Part shown: positions 49,343 to 61,961 of the stretch, in pieces
Layout of the letters: the number at the start of each line of letters is the position of its first letter
How positions within the stretch are numbered: position 1 is the first letter of the stretch
Assembly: GCF_037042905.1 (NCBI RefSeq)
Contig: NC_087245.1
Span: 23,438,001-23,502,000, forward strand
DNA from: Lytechinus pictus
Taxonomy: Eukaryota
Length of the DNA: 64,000 bases
Direction of reading: 5' to 3'
The notes under the pieces: model-generated
Database searches by the model: none
The model's input: only the letters and a program-made list of their open reading frames with translations
What the model was told of the DNA's origin: nothing
Translations under genes and position numbers: made by a program

Positions 49343-49922
49343 AGGTTAAGTCCACCCCAGAAAAATGTTGATTTGAATAAATAGAGAAAATTCAAACTAG
49401 CATAATGCTGAAAATTTCATCAAAATCGGAATTAAAATAAGAAAGTTATGTCATTTAAAGTTTCCCTTATATTTCACTAAACAGTGATATGCACAACTCA
49501 GTCGATGATGTCCCTCACTCACTATTTCTTTTATTTTTTTATTGTTTGAATTATACAATATTTCAGTTTTTTTTTTCAGATTTGACAATAAGGACCAACT
49601 TGACTGAACCATACAGTATTAAACAATGCTAATTCCACATGTCCAGGAAGGAATTAATTGTTGTTTCACCTGAAAATGAGGAGAAAAAGATAATATTTCA
49701 TATTTCATATAATAAAATACAAAATAAATAGTGAGTGGATGCCGTAATCAGTCTCCTCATTTGCATACCGACCAGGATGTGCATATAGCTGTTTTGTGAA
49801 ATTAAGTGAAACTTTAAAAATGTCATAACTTTCTTATTTTACATCCGATTTTGATGAAAATTTCAGTGTTGGATTTTTCTCTTTTTATTTTTATCAACTT
49901 TTTGTTGGAGTGGACTTGTCCT
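49343..49922. mobile_element. Kolobok-like non-autonomous element, copy 1 of 3 (opposite orientation to the others)
   Basis: TTAA|agg..aagtccac ... gtggacttgtcct|TTAA with long imperfect TIRs. Confidence 0.88.
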
Positions 49923-50164
49923 TTAACAAAACGACACATTGTCCAATAATGCGGCTGAATCCTCACTCATATCAATTCGGTGGGTATATTTAGGATTTCT
50001 TAGGGCAGTAGACTTGTAAAAGAATCCACTGTTTCTCAAAGACAAGCACCCCGAATGACATCGTTCCCAATTACCCCTTTCCTTGGCAAAGGTGTCGGAG
50101 AGGGGGGGGGGGGGAATCATATTTTTCTCAGGGGTGGGGTTCCGCCACTGGAACGATTAGTTAA

Positions 50165-50762
50165 AGGGGAATCCAGCCTTGGCCATAAAATGTTGTGTTG
50201 GGAAGGAGAAAAATAAATTAAACAGAATGGTGAAAGTTTGAAAGAAATCGGACAAGCAATAAGAAAGTTATAGCTGCTTTAAAATTGAGATCACTTATAC
50301 TATGTAGATTTCAAATTGGCAACTGGGTAAGTTAATTATGACAAGGGACAAGGACTACTTTCCCATAGGCCATGTACTTTATTATCAGGGATTTGTGGTT
50401 TTCTCCTAAGTACCCATTCCCCTGGGGCAGTAATCTAAATATAACCCAGGTAGTATATTATTTATGTCCTCATGAAAGAAAAATATAATTTGAAATAAAA
50501 CTTTTGGGGAAAATGACATTTTAGCCATAATATGTATTGGAGAACATGAAAGAGTAGTCCTTGCCTTACATCACTATGACATCCCATATGCGGCCAATTT
50601 GAAGTCTCCATGGGTATATATATTACCAATATTTACAACTTTTAAAAATTCATAACTTTCTTGTTGTTTGTCCAATATTGTTCAAACTTTTACCTATCAA
50701 CTTGACTGTCTGATTTTTCTTTTCCTTATAAAAACAAGTTTTTATTTGGGTTGGATTCCCCT
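50165..50762. mobile_element. Kolobok-like non-autonomous element, second family
   Basis: TTAA|aggggaatcca ... tggattcccct|TTAA. Confidence 0.85.
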
Positions 50763-50787
50763 TTAATGACCAGTGCCTCGAAACATT

Positions 50788-51080
50788 GGCCCGTATTCTG
50801 AAGTCGGGTTTAATGTAAACTCTGGTTTAAGTTGTGGTTTAACTATGGAAGGCCAGTTGTCATATTTATAAATCTCTAACAGTAGAGGTTCAATGTATCA
50901 GCTCATTTGACTCCCAAAAATGCATTATTAACTGCCTGGGAAGGATAAGTATGACAATTGTCTTCACCATTAAATAATTAGTAAAGAGCACAATTAACAT
51001 GAGAAGCATTCACTGTAAACAAAATTTTGACACTTATGGCTTCCCATAATTTTAGCACTGAGACCTGACTTCAGAATAGG
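50788..51080. mobile_element. MITE with ggcccgtattctgaagtc terminus
   Basis: tattctgaagtcgggt ... acctgacttcagaata inverted ends. Confidence 0.6.
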
Positions 51081-51470
51081 TGTCACAAAGGTTAATCTTT
51101 GAATGAAATAGCCTATCGTTGACATGCGCATTTTGCTCAGTATGACTAGGGACCAATCAGAATTATTCTTTTAAATTAGCGACTAATCACTAACCTTTAA
51201 TTATATTATACGGGGCCCGGCATCATTATTTAGAAGAGAAGATTTTGAGTTGGGTTTAAATGCCAAATATTGTGTCAGACATCTTGCATGTCTTGCATGC
51301 AGCCTTTACATCATATTTGTTGCTTGCACTGCTGATGAGCCTCATAAGTTAGGCACCAAACTTTGAAGCATTGGATGAGATGTTTCCTGGGTGGGACTTG
51401 GGATGTTCCACAGTCGCAGTCAACACTATGATTTTAGAATATTGAGCAGACCGGTGGAGAGGAGGTAGGC

Positions 51471-51767
51471 TAGTGGCGGATCGGCGAGGGGGGGGGGGGG
51501 GGACAGATCCGGCCCGTGCCCCGCCGCCTTGAGAGCTATAATCAAAATTTGTAATGTAAATATGCCGTTCTTATACGCAAGTGTGCCCCCTTGAAAGTTA
51601 CAGCATATATTTTCAATTGGAATATGTCGTTCATACACAAGTTTTTTGTCAAGTTTAAATTGAACGAAATGACCTTAGATTTTAGGTGAACCCCCTTTTT
51701 TGCTTGTAATTTTTTTCTTGGGAAAATGTGCCCCCCCCCCATTTGGAAAATCCTGGATCCACCCCTG
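51471..51767. mobile_element. Short hAT-like MITE
   Basis: tagtggcggatc...gatccacccctg, TSD aggtagg(c/t). Confidence 0.75.
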
Positions 51768-52357
51768 AGGTAGGTCTACTGTTAATGAAGGAAGGCAGTG
51801 GCACAATGAGCCAAATATTTAGAGGGGCCAGACATGTCGTTTGAGGAAAAAATTCTACAAAGCTGCGAGCGAGAATTTTTTTTTTCAAAAGTCGATTTTT
51901 GTAAAATATTTTGACATATAATATCCAGAAAACCAAATAATATTTTAACATTTTCCTTTCTCCTTTTCTTCCTTTTTGCTCCCCGTTTCCTTGGTCGTGA
52001 ATCTTCTATATATGCCAGTGAAGGAAGGGGGATAGTGTAAACTATTGTGTAAGGACTCTGTTTTTTTTTCTATTCATGGAACTGCTATCATTTCACGGCC
52101 AAGGCTGGTGAAAATAATTATGATTACAGTAAGCTGAATCATCATGGTATTATTTTGTAAGCAAACAGTGCAACTTATCAAAGGGTAAAGGTCCAAAAGT
52201 CCACCAAAGGTTCACGAGGCCGAAGTCCACCGGAGGCCGAGTGGTTCCTCTGCGCACCCGTTTACTTAAAAAGATTTCCGCAAAGCCTTATACATGTATA
52301 GCCTGATCTTCAAATAAACTGAAACATACCCTTAAGAAAACACGGGGTGTGTCTTAC

Positions 52358-52963
52358 AGGACAAGTCCACCCCAACAAAAAGTTGATTTTAATAAAAGGA
52401 GAAAAATCGAACAAGCATTACCTGAAAGTTTCATCAAAATCGGACGTAAAAAGAGGAAGTTGTGATATTTTAAAGTTTCGCTAAATTTCACAAAACAGTT
52501 ATAAGCACATCCTGGTCGGTATGCAAATGAGCAGACTAATGACGTCACCCCCTCACTATTTCTTTTGTATTTTATTATATGAAATATGAAAATTCTGATT
52601 TTCTCCTCAATGTCATGTGAAACAAAATTTTATTCCTCCCTGAACGTGTGGAATTGCCATTATTTTAAAGGTTTATGGTTAAGTCAAGTTGGTCCATATT
52701 GTCATATCTGTAAAAATTGAAATATTGTACATTTCAAACAATAAAAAGCAAAAGAAACAGTGAGTGAAACAGGGACATCGGCGACTCTCTCATTTGCATA
52801 ACACTGAGTTGTGCATATAACTGTTATATGAAAAATAAGCGAAAATTTAAAATTTCATAAATTTCATATTTTACATACGATTTTTATGAAATTTTCACCG
52901 TTATGCTTGTTTTATATTTCTCTATCGATTCAAATCAACAATTTTCTGGGATGGACTTGACCT
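52358..52963. mobile_element. Kolobok-like non-autonomous element, copy 2
   Basis: Same family as 49343-49922 and 58485-59078. Confidence 0.88.
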
Positions 52964-53787
52964 TTAACCACATAGAAGTCAACCATGCACCTTTGCTTTT
53001 CGTTTTGAAATCGAATGCAAAATATAAGGCTAATCAGTAAAATATTTCAGACAAACGTTATTCTTTACCCCTGGACAATATTAAAGTGTGCTAAAAAGTT
53101 TCATTTAAGAGTAAAATGATTTTATTCATGAGTTATTGTAAAATGATGAATTCTTCGACAGGTATGGGGGTCTAATCCATCCAACCAAATTTGAGTGTCA
53201 GTCTTACTTACAAAACACCAAGAAGGAAACATTTCATAACAAACGACTAATGTTATCAATTAAGATCAGTTATTCGTTATCTATTATGATCACAGAAAAA
53301 GAAGAAATGATGATAAACATGAAAGCATTGTTAATATATATACAAAGTATTGGAAATCCAAAGTTTGGTGTTATTAATTTGATAATAAATGTCATAGCTT
53401 ATTGTTATAACGCTAGATGCAGCCTCAAGAATTCGAATCATATACTGATAAAAGACTAATCCTGATCGCTGACTCTGTTTCACCATATAAGTATATTTTG
53501 ATCCGTTCCAGACCTACATATTTCGTGTAACAGAAGTAAAGAAAAGATATGTTATTATTATGTTATTTAAGCATTTTTATAAAGGCCTAATATGACTATT
53601 GTCATTGTCACGTTTTAACGTGTATATCTAGGTTAAATATGTATATGTAAATATAATTATAGAAACAATATACTTTCAGGAGAGAGGCAAAAGAAAGAGA
53701 AAAAATGTGATCACAAACGAGTAGGCCTATATTGCCAATATTTCCTTCAGCCGAAGATATATACTGATGGGACAAAGCGCAAGATAA

Positions 53788-53937
53788 TAATAATAATAAT
53801 GACAATTATTATTATTATCATTGTTATTATTATTATTATCATTATTATTATTATTTTCATCATCATTATTATTATTATAGTCATTATGATGATGAAGATC
53901 ATGATGATGATCATGTTCATCTACATCGTCATCATCT
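53788..53937. repeat. (AAT/ATT/ATC)n simple repeat
   Basis: Direct reading. Confidence 0.9.
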
Positions 53938-54023
53938 TGGTAAAACTAACTGGTAAAAAGGTACAAAACTTAAAAATGGCGGAGGAAAACCAGGGATTTC
54001 CACGGGTTCCGCTCATGAATAAT

Positions 54024-54481
54024 CCCGGGGGGGGGGGGCAATCAAATATATTTCTGTACACATGCGTGACCAAGGAATTACCAAACACCCCCTAAACGAG
54101 TTGTTATCTGTGTGCAAAATAAGCCCCTAAAACAAGTTTTTCGCGGGCTTTATTTACACATTTTGGCCCCTAAACTAGTTGTCGCCAAAATATGACCTCG
54201 GGGAGAAAGCTTTGGAGAAAAAACATACCCTAAGCACGTTTGGCTAGTCTTTAAAAAAATCTTTTGGGGAAAAAACATACCCTAAACACGTTTGATCACG
54301 CGATTTACCATTGACCAGTCTTTCAAAACCACCCTTTTTCCTGAAAATCAGTGTTTTTTATACCCTTAACGAGTCCACGCGCGGACCGCGTCCAAAACTG
54401 AAAAACACCCCTTTAAACGCGTTTTTTTTTTTGGTCACGCGTGTGTACAGCAATATATTTGACTGCCCCCCCCCCCCCGGG
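54024..54481. mobile_element. Non-autonomous TIR element with CCC(G)n termini
   Basis: About 50-bp TIR cccggggg...caatcaaatatatttctgtacacatgcgtgaccaa; 8-bp TSD tgaataat. Confidence 0.9.
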
Positions 54482-54949
54482 TGAATAATCAATGATGGAT
54501 GGCCGATGATGAATAATAATGATGATAATGTAAAACGACATATAATTATAATGATAGTATCAATAGCATTGATAGTATAATGACAGTATGCCCGTAATAC
54601 GGACAATAACAGCAATAAGAATGACAATAACGGTAAAAATACTGCCTGAAAATTATCAACGTTCAACATGTTTTTCTACATATCTAACTGACGCACACAC
54701 ATAGACACACACACAACTTAAACAAATTAATTTATAGCATATGAAATCAGAAGAAAAACATATTACATATAAATAAGGCCTATGCAAAGCCTGAATAAGG
54801 TCCAAATGAATTGACTGAGTATTATTGTGTTTGACAAAAACACCACAAAATACGAATATATATATAAATGTGTGAAGTTATACATGTACAACAGCTTTGG
54901 CAACTCTTTTATTTAAATATTGTGTGAAAGAAAAAAAGAAGAAAAAAAA

Positions 54950-54960
54950 TATATATATAC

Positions 54961-55057
<97 letters not shown>

Positions 55058-55064
55058 CATATAT
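54950..55064. repeat. (TA)n microsatellite
   Basis: Direct reading; a second TA-rich run lies at 55381-55425. Confidence 0.95.
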
Positions 55065-55178
55065 AAAGCATCTTGGTTTTCCACGTATTGGCAATAATAA
55101 TAATAAGACATCAGAAATGCGAAACAAATTCACGAGTAATGCAGTTTTTGAAGTGCCAACAATTAAGTTCTTTTATTC

Positions 55179-55224
55179 AATCTCCAAATTTTCGGTAGAC
55201 ATCTACCTTCTTCAGGGAAGATTC
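55179..55224 (-). ncRNA. Minimal type I hammerhead ribozyme motif (mirror copy)
   Basis: Exact reverse complement of 55259-55304. Confidence 0.65.
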
Positions 55225-55258
55225 GTGAATTGAATATATTCAATTCGTGACAATTCAC

Positions 55259-55304
55259 GAATCTTCCCTGAAGAAGGTAGATGTCTACCGAAAATTTGGA
55301 GATT
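55259..55304 (+). ncRNA. Minimal type I hammerhead ribozyme motif
   Basis: aatcttcc-CTGAAGA-a-GGTAG(atgt)CTACC-GAAA-ATTT-ggagatt. Confidence 0.65.
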
Positions 55305-56033
55305 GAATAAAAGAACTTAATTGTTGGCACTTCAAAAACTGCATTACTCGTGAATTTGTTTCGCATTTCTGATGTCTTATACATATATAAATATATATAT
55401 AAATATATAAATATTTATATACACACAATATTAATTGCATCCGGAAGTTATAACTGCATGCATGCAAAGTATGCATCCATTTATTTTATTTAAAAAAAAA
55501 TCTATAAAAAGTGGAAAGATTGAACCCATTCTTAGAAATGAAATTAAGGGAGGAAAATGCAATTCAATTATAACAACCATGAAAATGATAATGATGATAA
55601 TAATTGTAAATTTAAAAGCATGAAAGCCCGCATGACAGATAACAAAATGAATTGGAATGAAATTGAAAATGAAAACGGAGCTGACCGTAAGTCAAACCCG
55701 ACCACAACGCTCATTCATTGTACATGTATAACGGCTGTGTGTGCGTATGCGTATACGTGCAATACATGTATAGCAGCTGCATGTGTGTTAGTGAATAGCA
55801 TGAACAGAATCAGAGAACCTCGGCAAATTTTATGATCCAATTACCATATACCATTAAAAAGCAGAATTTGAGTACACATTCTGAAAAAGAAGTATTTCAT
55901 CTACTTAAACAAATACAAAGTATGTACAGTATAGTACCATCTTCGCGTGAATGTGACATTTTATTATTTGCTTCGTCAGCAGTATTGTAGCCTTTGTATA
56001 TAGATTATAATTTCTCCCGCTCAATTAAGCCAA

Positions 56034-56105
56034 TCCCGTGTGGTCTAGTGGTTAGGATTCGTGGTTTTCACCCACGCGGCCCGGGTTCGATTCCCGGCAC
56101 GGGAG
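56034..56105 (+). tRNA. tRNA-Glu (anticodon TTC)
   Basis: Acceptor stem TCCCGTG/CACGGGA, A-box TGGTCTAGTGG, anticodon arm CGTGG-TTTTCAC-CCACG, T-arm CCGGG-TTCGATT-CCCGG, downstream T-runs. Confidence 0.96.
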
Positions 56106-56162
56106 AGCTATTTCTTTTCTTCTTTCGTTATGATGATCAAGATAAGGTTAGACATTACCCCC

Positions 56163-56324
56163 CTGGGGGCCGTTTCATATAGTTGTTCGTTAAGAGCGAC
56201 TTTAAGAACGACTGGCGATCCTTTCTTACACGCTAAACCATTGCCTATGGTCCATACCATTTACCATAAGAAAGGATCACCAGTCGCTCTTAACTTACGA
56301 ACAGCTTTATGAAACACCCACCTG
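56163..56324. mobile_element. Palindromic MITE, same family as 8319-8495
   Basis: Shared TIRs; the internal part is in the opposite orientation. Confidence 0.85.
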
Positions 56325-56359
56325 CCGTCTTGCGATTATTACCATTGACAGTTAGGGTA

Positions 56360-56855
56360 AAATAATATTCATCACTAAAGGCACTGAGAGTTTCCTTCTC
56401 TTTTTTCTCACGGTATACGGTACTATACTGGCTAACTTGGAAATATTTCAATTATGTGTTTCTGATGAAACACATAATGGGTTAAATAATATTCATGTAG
56501 GATAATTTTCCCCAATATTATCACTAAAAGCATTGAGAGTTTACTTTTTTCTCACGGTATACGGTACTTCTGGCTAACTGGGAAATCTTTCAATTATGTG
56601 TTTCTGATGAAACACATAATGGGTTGAATAATATTCATGTAGGATAATTTTCCTCCAATATTACCTCTAAAAGCACTGAGATTTTTTTTTTCTCACGGTA
56701 TTCGATACGACTGGTTTCATCAGAAACACATAATGGGTTGAATGATATTCATGTAGGATAATTTTCCTCCAATATTACCTCTAAAAGCACTGAGATTTTT
56801 TTTCTCACGGTATTCGATACTACTGGCTAACTTGGAAATGTGTGTTTCTAATGAA
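56360..56855. repeat. Tandem repeat, about 3.5 units of 115-150 bp
   Basis: Recurring ttttttctcacggtat...ctggctaact...gaaacacataatgggtt...attcatgtaggataattttc. Confidence 0.9.
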
Positions 56856-57184
56856 GCTATCGATTCTGTTGTATAGGCGTATAGACCTAATATAGAATTC
56901 ACTTGTAATTTCGCTATAGTTAACCTGGCTTTCGAAGTAGGGTCCATGCTTAGACGGGGGGGGGGGGGCAAAAACAAGTAAAAATAGAGTTTAAAAAAGT
57001 AATCAAGAGAATAGAGCAGACCGGAGACAATTTTATTGTAACAAAATTTCCAGAATTTGACTTATCCTGCTCAAACCTAAATAAAACGAAATAATGTATG
57101 CGTAATTTTGGCTTGACATAATTATGAATAGGTTCATACAATTACTTTAGACGCTATTATCATTTCAAAATAAGAGGTCAAGTG

Positions 57185-57396
57185 CAGTGGCGTATCAAGG
57201 ATTTTCCAAGGGGGGGGGGGCAAATTCGTCCGCCAAAAAAAAAAAAAAAAAAAAAAAGGTCTTCAAGTTCAAAATAGGAGGCCACTTGTGGCTCGTCGGG
57301 AATCAGTTGTTACTCGTCAGGGGGGCAGGGGTACGTCCCTTACATGAGTTGTGACTCGTCAGGGGGGCAGTCTCCCCCCTTAGGTACGCTATAGTG
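57185..57396. mobile_element. Short hAT-like MITE
   Basis: cagtggcgta...tacgctatagtg with 8-bp TSD gtcaagtg. Confidence 0.75.
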
Positions 57397-58484
57397 GTCA
57401 AGTGTTTCCAATCGCCTCACAACACGGGTTAATTTGAACACACTTGTGGGGCAATTGTAACACATGAAATAGTAACATTTCGTTTTTCTTTAAATTTATG
57501 CACTAGACAGTTTTAGTAAAGTGATATAGATTATGACAAAAAGCAAAAAACAAAAACATTGAAGGTTCTGATTACAATGAAAAAATAATACGCAAACTTT
57601 GTATGACGAAATTCATATTTTGCATTGTAACAAAAGAAATCTGACAGATTATGTTCTAAGTTATATGTAGCTCTCATTTCTAAACTTATAAATAAGGCTT
57701 TTTTTCCTTCTAAACAAAATAAATGATTGACAGATAAGTTCCAGGTTATGCCATTCTCTTGTATGAGCATTATTTTTAACAGTTTATAAAGTGCCACATT
57801 TGGATTTTTTTATTTATTTTAAATCTTAGCATGGGTATGGGCCTATCGATTATAATCATAGGGCTATGTATAGGCCAAGTGACTAGTGATTTCGAAACTT
57901 AGATATTTATTTCAGTGTAATTTCACTACAGACTTAACTTTTTCAAAGTAGGGCCCATGCTTAAAAAATGTGATCAGGGGAAAATCAATGGGAAAATAGG
58001 CCTCCTCCACTGGTCCGCTTTACTGAATTGGTATTACGCCATCTTTCGGTAGAAATATTACATTATTATGGTTATTAATTTCCCCCAACACATTATAGGC
58101 CCCAGAATCATGGTGATGATGATGATGATGATGATAATAATAATATTAATATTAATGATAATAATAATAATAATAATGATGATAATAATAATAATAACCA
58201 CATATATTACTCTCTAATCCAGTCTTGTTGTAAATCAAACACACAATCAATATTTCAACGATGGGGCACTCAACAAGATGATATTTCAAATATAACTTAT
58301 TTCTAATTTTCCTCTCTCTCTCACTCTGTTGTAAATCCTTTGGAATTATAATCATGTATAAGCATTCATTGGAACGCAATAACATGGCGATATAATGGAA
58401 CTCCCATTTTCTGTTTTCGTTGTCAGTATTCAAAGTGTGTTTGTTCAACCCCTAAAAACAATTGATAAATGGAATACTCTTTAA

Positions 58485-59078
58485 AGGACAAGTCCACCCC
58501 AAAACAAAGTTGATTTGAATAAAAAGAGAAAAATCCAACAAGCATAACACTGAACATTTCATCAAAATCGGATGTAAAATAAAAAAGTTATGACATTTTA
58601 AAGTTTCGCTTAATTTCACAAAACAGTTATATGCACATCCTGGTCAGTATGCAAATGAGGAGACTGATGACGTCATCCACTCACTGTTTCTTTTGTATTT
58701 TATTATATGAAATATTCTAATTTTCTCCTCATTGTCAAGTGAAACAATGATAAATTCCTCCTGAACATGTGGAATTAGCATTGTTTAATACTATATGGTT
58801 CAGTCAAGTTGTTCCTTATATAGTCAAATCTGTAAAAAATGAAATATTGTATAATTCAAACAATAAAAAAACAAAAGAAAGAGTGAGTGAGTGACATCAT
58901 CGACTCTCTCATTTGCATGTCACTGAGTTGTGCATATCACTGTTTTGAGAATAATAAGCGAAATTTCAAAATGCCATAACTTTCTTATTTTACATCCGAT
59001 TTTGATGAAATTTTCAGCATTATGCTAGCTTGATTTTTTTCTATCCAAATCAACATTTTTCTGGAGTGGACTTGACCT
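58485..59078. mobile_element. Kolobok-like non-autonomous element, copy 3
   Basis: TTAA|aggacaagtccac ... gtggacttgacct|TTAA. Confidence 0.9.
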
Positions 59079-59869
59079 TTAACAATAACATGTTTTTATA
59101 TTCTCAAAATTTAAATTAGGCCAAGATATTTGGAGAGCCTATCAAATCCTGAGCTTGGCAGGGGCTGCGGAAAAGTGGGGACCTGACCATGCAAAAAATC
59201 AAAATCAGATGGTAATTCTTACGTTTTTGTACACGGTAAAAAAAAAAAGGTGTGTGTGTGTGTGGTGGGGGGGGGGGGGGGCTCCCCCGTTTCCGCGGCC
59301 CCTGCAAAACACCGACTATTTCGAAGTCTGATTTACGTTCATTATGAAAGCTTTGAGAAAACTATAAAAACACTTACTTTGGAATCGCCCACAACAGGTT
59401 TTTATTGCGGATGTACAGCATTCTATTCTAGAATGTAAGTAAACATGATTTTTTTTTTAAATGGAAATATAGATGTTTAATATCCTTATTTTATACTTAA
59501 AATATATATTTTCAAACAAAATGAAAAAAGAGTACATTGTCATCAAACGCCTTGAAATTCATTTTGATTTTTGAGCGCTCTGTTGAACATTATATTCATG
59601 TAAAAATGATAACTTTGTATTTTTGTATCATATAGATGGAGAAATATAAATTTGCTGTGGATATATTTTTTTATTATGCTATGTAAACTATACATTTCCT
59701 GTGTATTTTGTTATGTTATGTACAGAAGTATAGTATTTATGAATTATTTTGGTATGTGAAACAAAGATGATCATGATTATGATAAATAAATAAAAAATGT
59801 CATAATAATCATAATCAATTTGACAGAATCATGCCCTCTGTGAATATATTTTTCAATCGTCAGTATTTT

Positions 59870-60309
59870 CCAACAGGAAACAATTTGTATATTTAAATGA
59901 GCAAGAATCTGATTTTAGAAATATTACTTCTGGTGTTCCGCAAGGGAGTCTTTTAGGCCCTTTGTTGTTTATTCTTTATATAAATGATTTTCATAAATCG
60001 TCCAATTCACTGTCATTCATTTTATTTGCAGATGATACTAACTTATTTTTTTCACACAGAGATCCAAATGTTCTTGTTGATGTCGTCAATGCAGAGTTGC
60101 GAAATGTTTTAGAATGGATAAGAACAAATAAACTGTCATTAAACCTTTTGAAGATGAATTACATATTATTTAGTAACTCCTTAGCTTCTTTACCGACTCA
60201 AATTATGTTTGACAATACCTCAATTAAGCAGGTTTCTCATACAAAATTCTTAGGTGTTTTGGTTGATAGCAAGCTCTCCTGGAAATTACATATCGAAAAT
60301 ATTTTTTAG
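59870..60309 (+). mobile_element. CR1/L2(Crack)-group RT fragment
   Basis: RKQFVYLN...ITSGVPQGSLLGPLLFILYIND, LFADDTNLF, NKLSLN, KFLGVLVDSKLSWK. Confidence 0.88.
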
Positions 60310-60909
60310 CTGGGAGGTGCTGCGTATAATTATTATTTACCATCTATAGGCAGCCCACCCTGGTAATGAAAATTACCATCATTTTGTAGGGAAAACTTTA
60401 TTTTTCTCTCTTGTCAAATTCAAACCAAAATCTTCCCAGGGCCATGTATGGGCAGCTTCCCCTGGAAACCAGATCGGTAGGTAAAATGAAGAAATTGGAT
60501 TATGGAGCAAAAATCTTTTTTTTTATTTGCTTGTTTAATTTTTTCAAAGTCACCTTCGTTTTGGGATGGAAACCTTTTTATTTCTTTTGTATTTCTTTAT
60601 TTAGGCCTACAGCTATACACCACTGCATTAATCATGCTTTTCCTTTTAGAACCTTTTGAGGGTTTGGCAAAAGGATATTTATGATATGATCTTCAAATAA
60701 ATCACTAACCTGGCAAGAAACATGATATGTTTATTCATGGTGGGTGTACCAAGAGGCATGGTAACCGCGGGTTAATGGGAATGAACCTGTAGGTGGATTG
60801 TCAACTGGGGGCGTGGTTCATAAGGTGGGAGGTCGGCGTCAGAGATTGATTGATTGATGATGTACGTTGACAGATTTAACATTGGCAAATTTGTATAACA
60901 TTTTTTTTC

Positions 60910-61266
60910 GGTTTATTTCCAATTCGTCTAATGCCAATTCGTCCAATTGATTGCCAACTCGTCTACAATCATTTGATCTACTTTCAGTTCGTCCACTATC
61001 CACATGGTCTAATTGCCAATTTGTCCACTCACCATTTCGTCTAATAACCAGTTGGTCCAATAGCCATTTAGTCCATATACCAATGAGTTTGAGACGAAAT
61101 GGTCATAGACGAAATGGTGATTAAACGAATTGATGATTGGACCAAATGGTTATTGGACCAAATGGTTGTTAGACGAAATGTTGATGGACGGAATGGCATT
61201 AGACTAAATGAAAGTAGACCATGTAGTGAGTGGACGGGTTGGCAGTAGATGAATGGGCAATTTGCC
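60910..61266. mobile_element. Inverted copy of the element at 24013-24437
   Basis: ggtttatttccaattc ... gcaatttgcc, flanked by (t/a)ttttttc. Confidence 0.8.
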
Positions 61267-61698
61267 ATTTTTTCGGACAGTGTCTCTATCGGAAAATCAA
61301 CAGGTCAATAAGCAAGAAGTTATGTTGAAAATGAAACTTTTTTTAACATGAAAGAAAATAAATGTTGTATAGGGCAAGATAGAGGGGTTTTGATGGACAA
61401 TTCTTTGGGCCAGACCAAACATATTTCCATCAAAATTGGTTCACATTTAAATCACTAGAGACATAATCATCAAAATAACGAGTTCCTTATAAAGCCAAAG
61501 CCGGAAAATTAAGTGAGTTTAATCAAAATTGAAAAAAATATATTGTACTCATTATATATAATGTGAGGAGAACGACGAAATAAGGAAACGGATGCATCTG
61601 TGATGACCGATATGCAGTACTTGTAGATAATTGCCACTTGGTCTAACACATATCTTGTCTACTTTCCGCTTGGTCTCGTCCCATTTGGTCTAATCCTA

Positions 61699-61961
61699 CA
61701 CTTTAAAAAATATTGGGTTACATTTTTACCACCACGAGGGTAATTATGTGTCCAACCAATATGGGGCAGTATTTTACCCAATGCGGGAAACATATTGTCC
61801 AGTAAGGTTTAAAAAATAAGCAGAAATTACTTTAGAATGGGCAAAATTTTCATCACACTAGTTGGATTAAATAAAAATGCACAATGAGAAATGCCCAATG
61901 GTGGTTGGACACATGATTACCCTCATGGAGCACTTTTACCCAATTTTTTTTTTTTAGAGTG
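61699..61961. mobile_element. Non-autonomous CACTA/EnSpm-like element
   Basis: ta|cactttaaaaaa ... tttttagagtg|ta with internal inverted repeats. Confidence 0.8.

Larger units (their letters stand above)
55103..55380. mobile_element. Perfect 130-bp inverted repeat, probable inverted pair of Penelope-like pLTR fragments
   Basis: Arms 55103-55232 and 55251-55380 are exact reverse complements with an 18-nt spacer; each contains a hammerhead core followed by AATAAA. Confidence 0.75.

Noticed and set aside
53799..55133. Poly-Ile and (YI)n ORFs
   Set aside because: Microsatellite translations.
56455..56620. CTGATGA motifs in tandem units as retrozyme hammerheads
   Set aside because: No stem II followed by GAAA; the motif sits in a simple hairpin.
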